Assembly (NCBI GenBank): GCA_002372935.1
Contig: DFJF01000010.1
Location: 1-62,922 of the forward strand
Length of the DNA: 62,922 bases
Source of the DNA: Clostridiales bacterium UBA3678
Lineage (GTDB): Bacteria; Bacillota; Clostridia; TANB77; CAG-508
Direction of reading: 5' to 3'
The position numbers were made by a program, and so were the translations under genes. The number at the start of each line of letters is the position of its first letter. The first letter of the stretch is position 1. Shown piece after piece: positions 62,434-62,922 of this stretch. The notes beneath the pieces were generated by a model. The model made no database searches, was not told where the DNA came from, and saw only the letters and a list, made by a program, of their open reading frames with translations.

Positions 62434-62649
62434 ATGAAGAACAATGAAAATAAAACAAACAAAAGAGTTGCTGCACTAAATTATTTCACATCACTATGTT
62501 CCTATATTGTTGCAATAATAAATTTTATTAATGGAGATAATAAAGGTGTTGCAATTATGTTTCTATGTTTAGGTTCAACTTATTTATGTCTTGGTAGTGT
62601 CTACTTAAATAAAGATAAAGATGAAAAGAATAACAACGATAAGGAGTAA
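62434..62649 (+). CDS. Small two-TM hypothetical protein
   Basis: AGGAGG RBS; two hydrophobic helices and a charged tail. Confidence 0.7.
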   Translation: MKNNENKTNKRVAALNYFTSLCSYIVAIINFINGDNKGVAIMFLCLGSTYLCLGSVYLNKDKDEKNNNDKE

Positions 62650-62843
62650 TATAAATTACAATTTTGTAGTTTGAAAGATTTATAGTAATTTGTCATTTAG
62701 CAAGATGTTCGTAACATAAGTAATTTTCCGAACGAGGTAATAAATAAAAAGTGATAGAAATTTTAAGAATTCTATTGCTTTTTTTATTTTTACAAAGTAT
62801 AATAAGTAGGGAAAGTATAACAAGTATAATTAAGGAGGCTAAA

Positions 62844-62922
62844 ATGGAAAGAGATAAATTTGTAGGAATAAGTAAAGTTGGAGAAAAAGGACAAATTGTA
62901 ATTCCAAAAGAAGCAAGAGATA
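62844..62922 (+). CDS. AbrB/MazE/SpoVT-family DNA-binding protein (partial)
   Basis: MERDKFVGISKVGEKGQIVIPKEARD; AAGGAGG RBS; AAGTATAA direct repeats upstream. Confidence 0.85.
   Translation, partial: MERDKFVGISKVGEKGQIVIPKEARD

Overview
Very AT-rich (roughly 25% GC by eye) chromosomal segment of a spore-forming Clostridia bacterium, probably a reduced-genome uncultured gut lineage such as TANB77 (inference). It spans the replication origin: gyrB-recF-dnaN-[oriC]-dnaA-rpmH-rnpA-yidD-yidC-jag-mnmE-mnmG-rsmG-soj-spo0J. After two tRNA-Ser genes lies a minimal type IV secretion-like cluster (three VirB2/TrbC-like pilins, PrgI-like, TraC/TcpE-like, VirB4 ATPase, VirB6-like) with no integrase, relaxase or coupling protein in the window. 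Housekeeping and sporulation genes follow (rsmI, abrB, spmAB, murA, spoIIR, pgm, tadA, ffs-dnaX-ybaB-recR, ugtP, ypeB, murF, sortase, orphan mazF), then an IS110 element with a nonsense mutation. Main observations: (1) an unannotated, heavily base-paired ~380-420 nt non-coding RNA candidate downstream of gyrB, with a sigma-G-type promoter and its own terminator; (2) the apparently domesticated T4SS-like/pilin system, with a detached paralog next to gyrB; (3) bases 1-300 encode the start of a eukaryotic AGC-type kinase with a 32-nt GT-AG intron, so the contig end is chimeric or carries eukaryotic DNA; (4) the IS110 ends, circle-junction promoter and a bridge-RNA-like leader can be reconstructed by hand. 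All structures and homologies were judged by eye, with no database searches.
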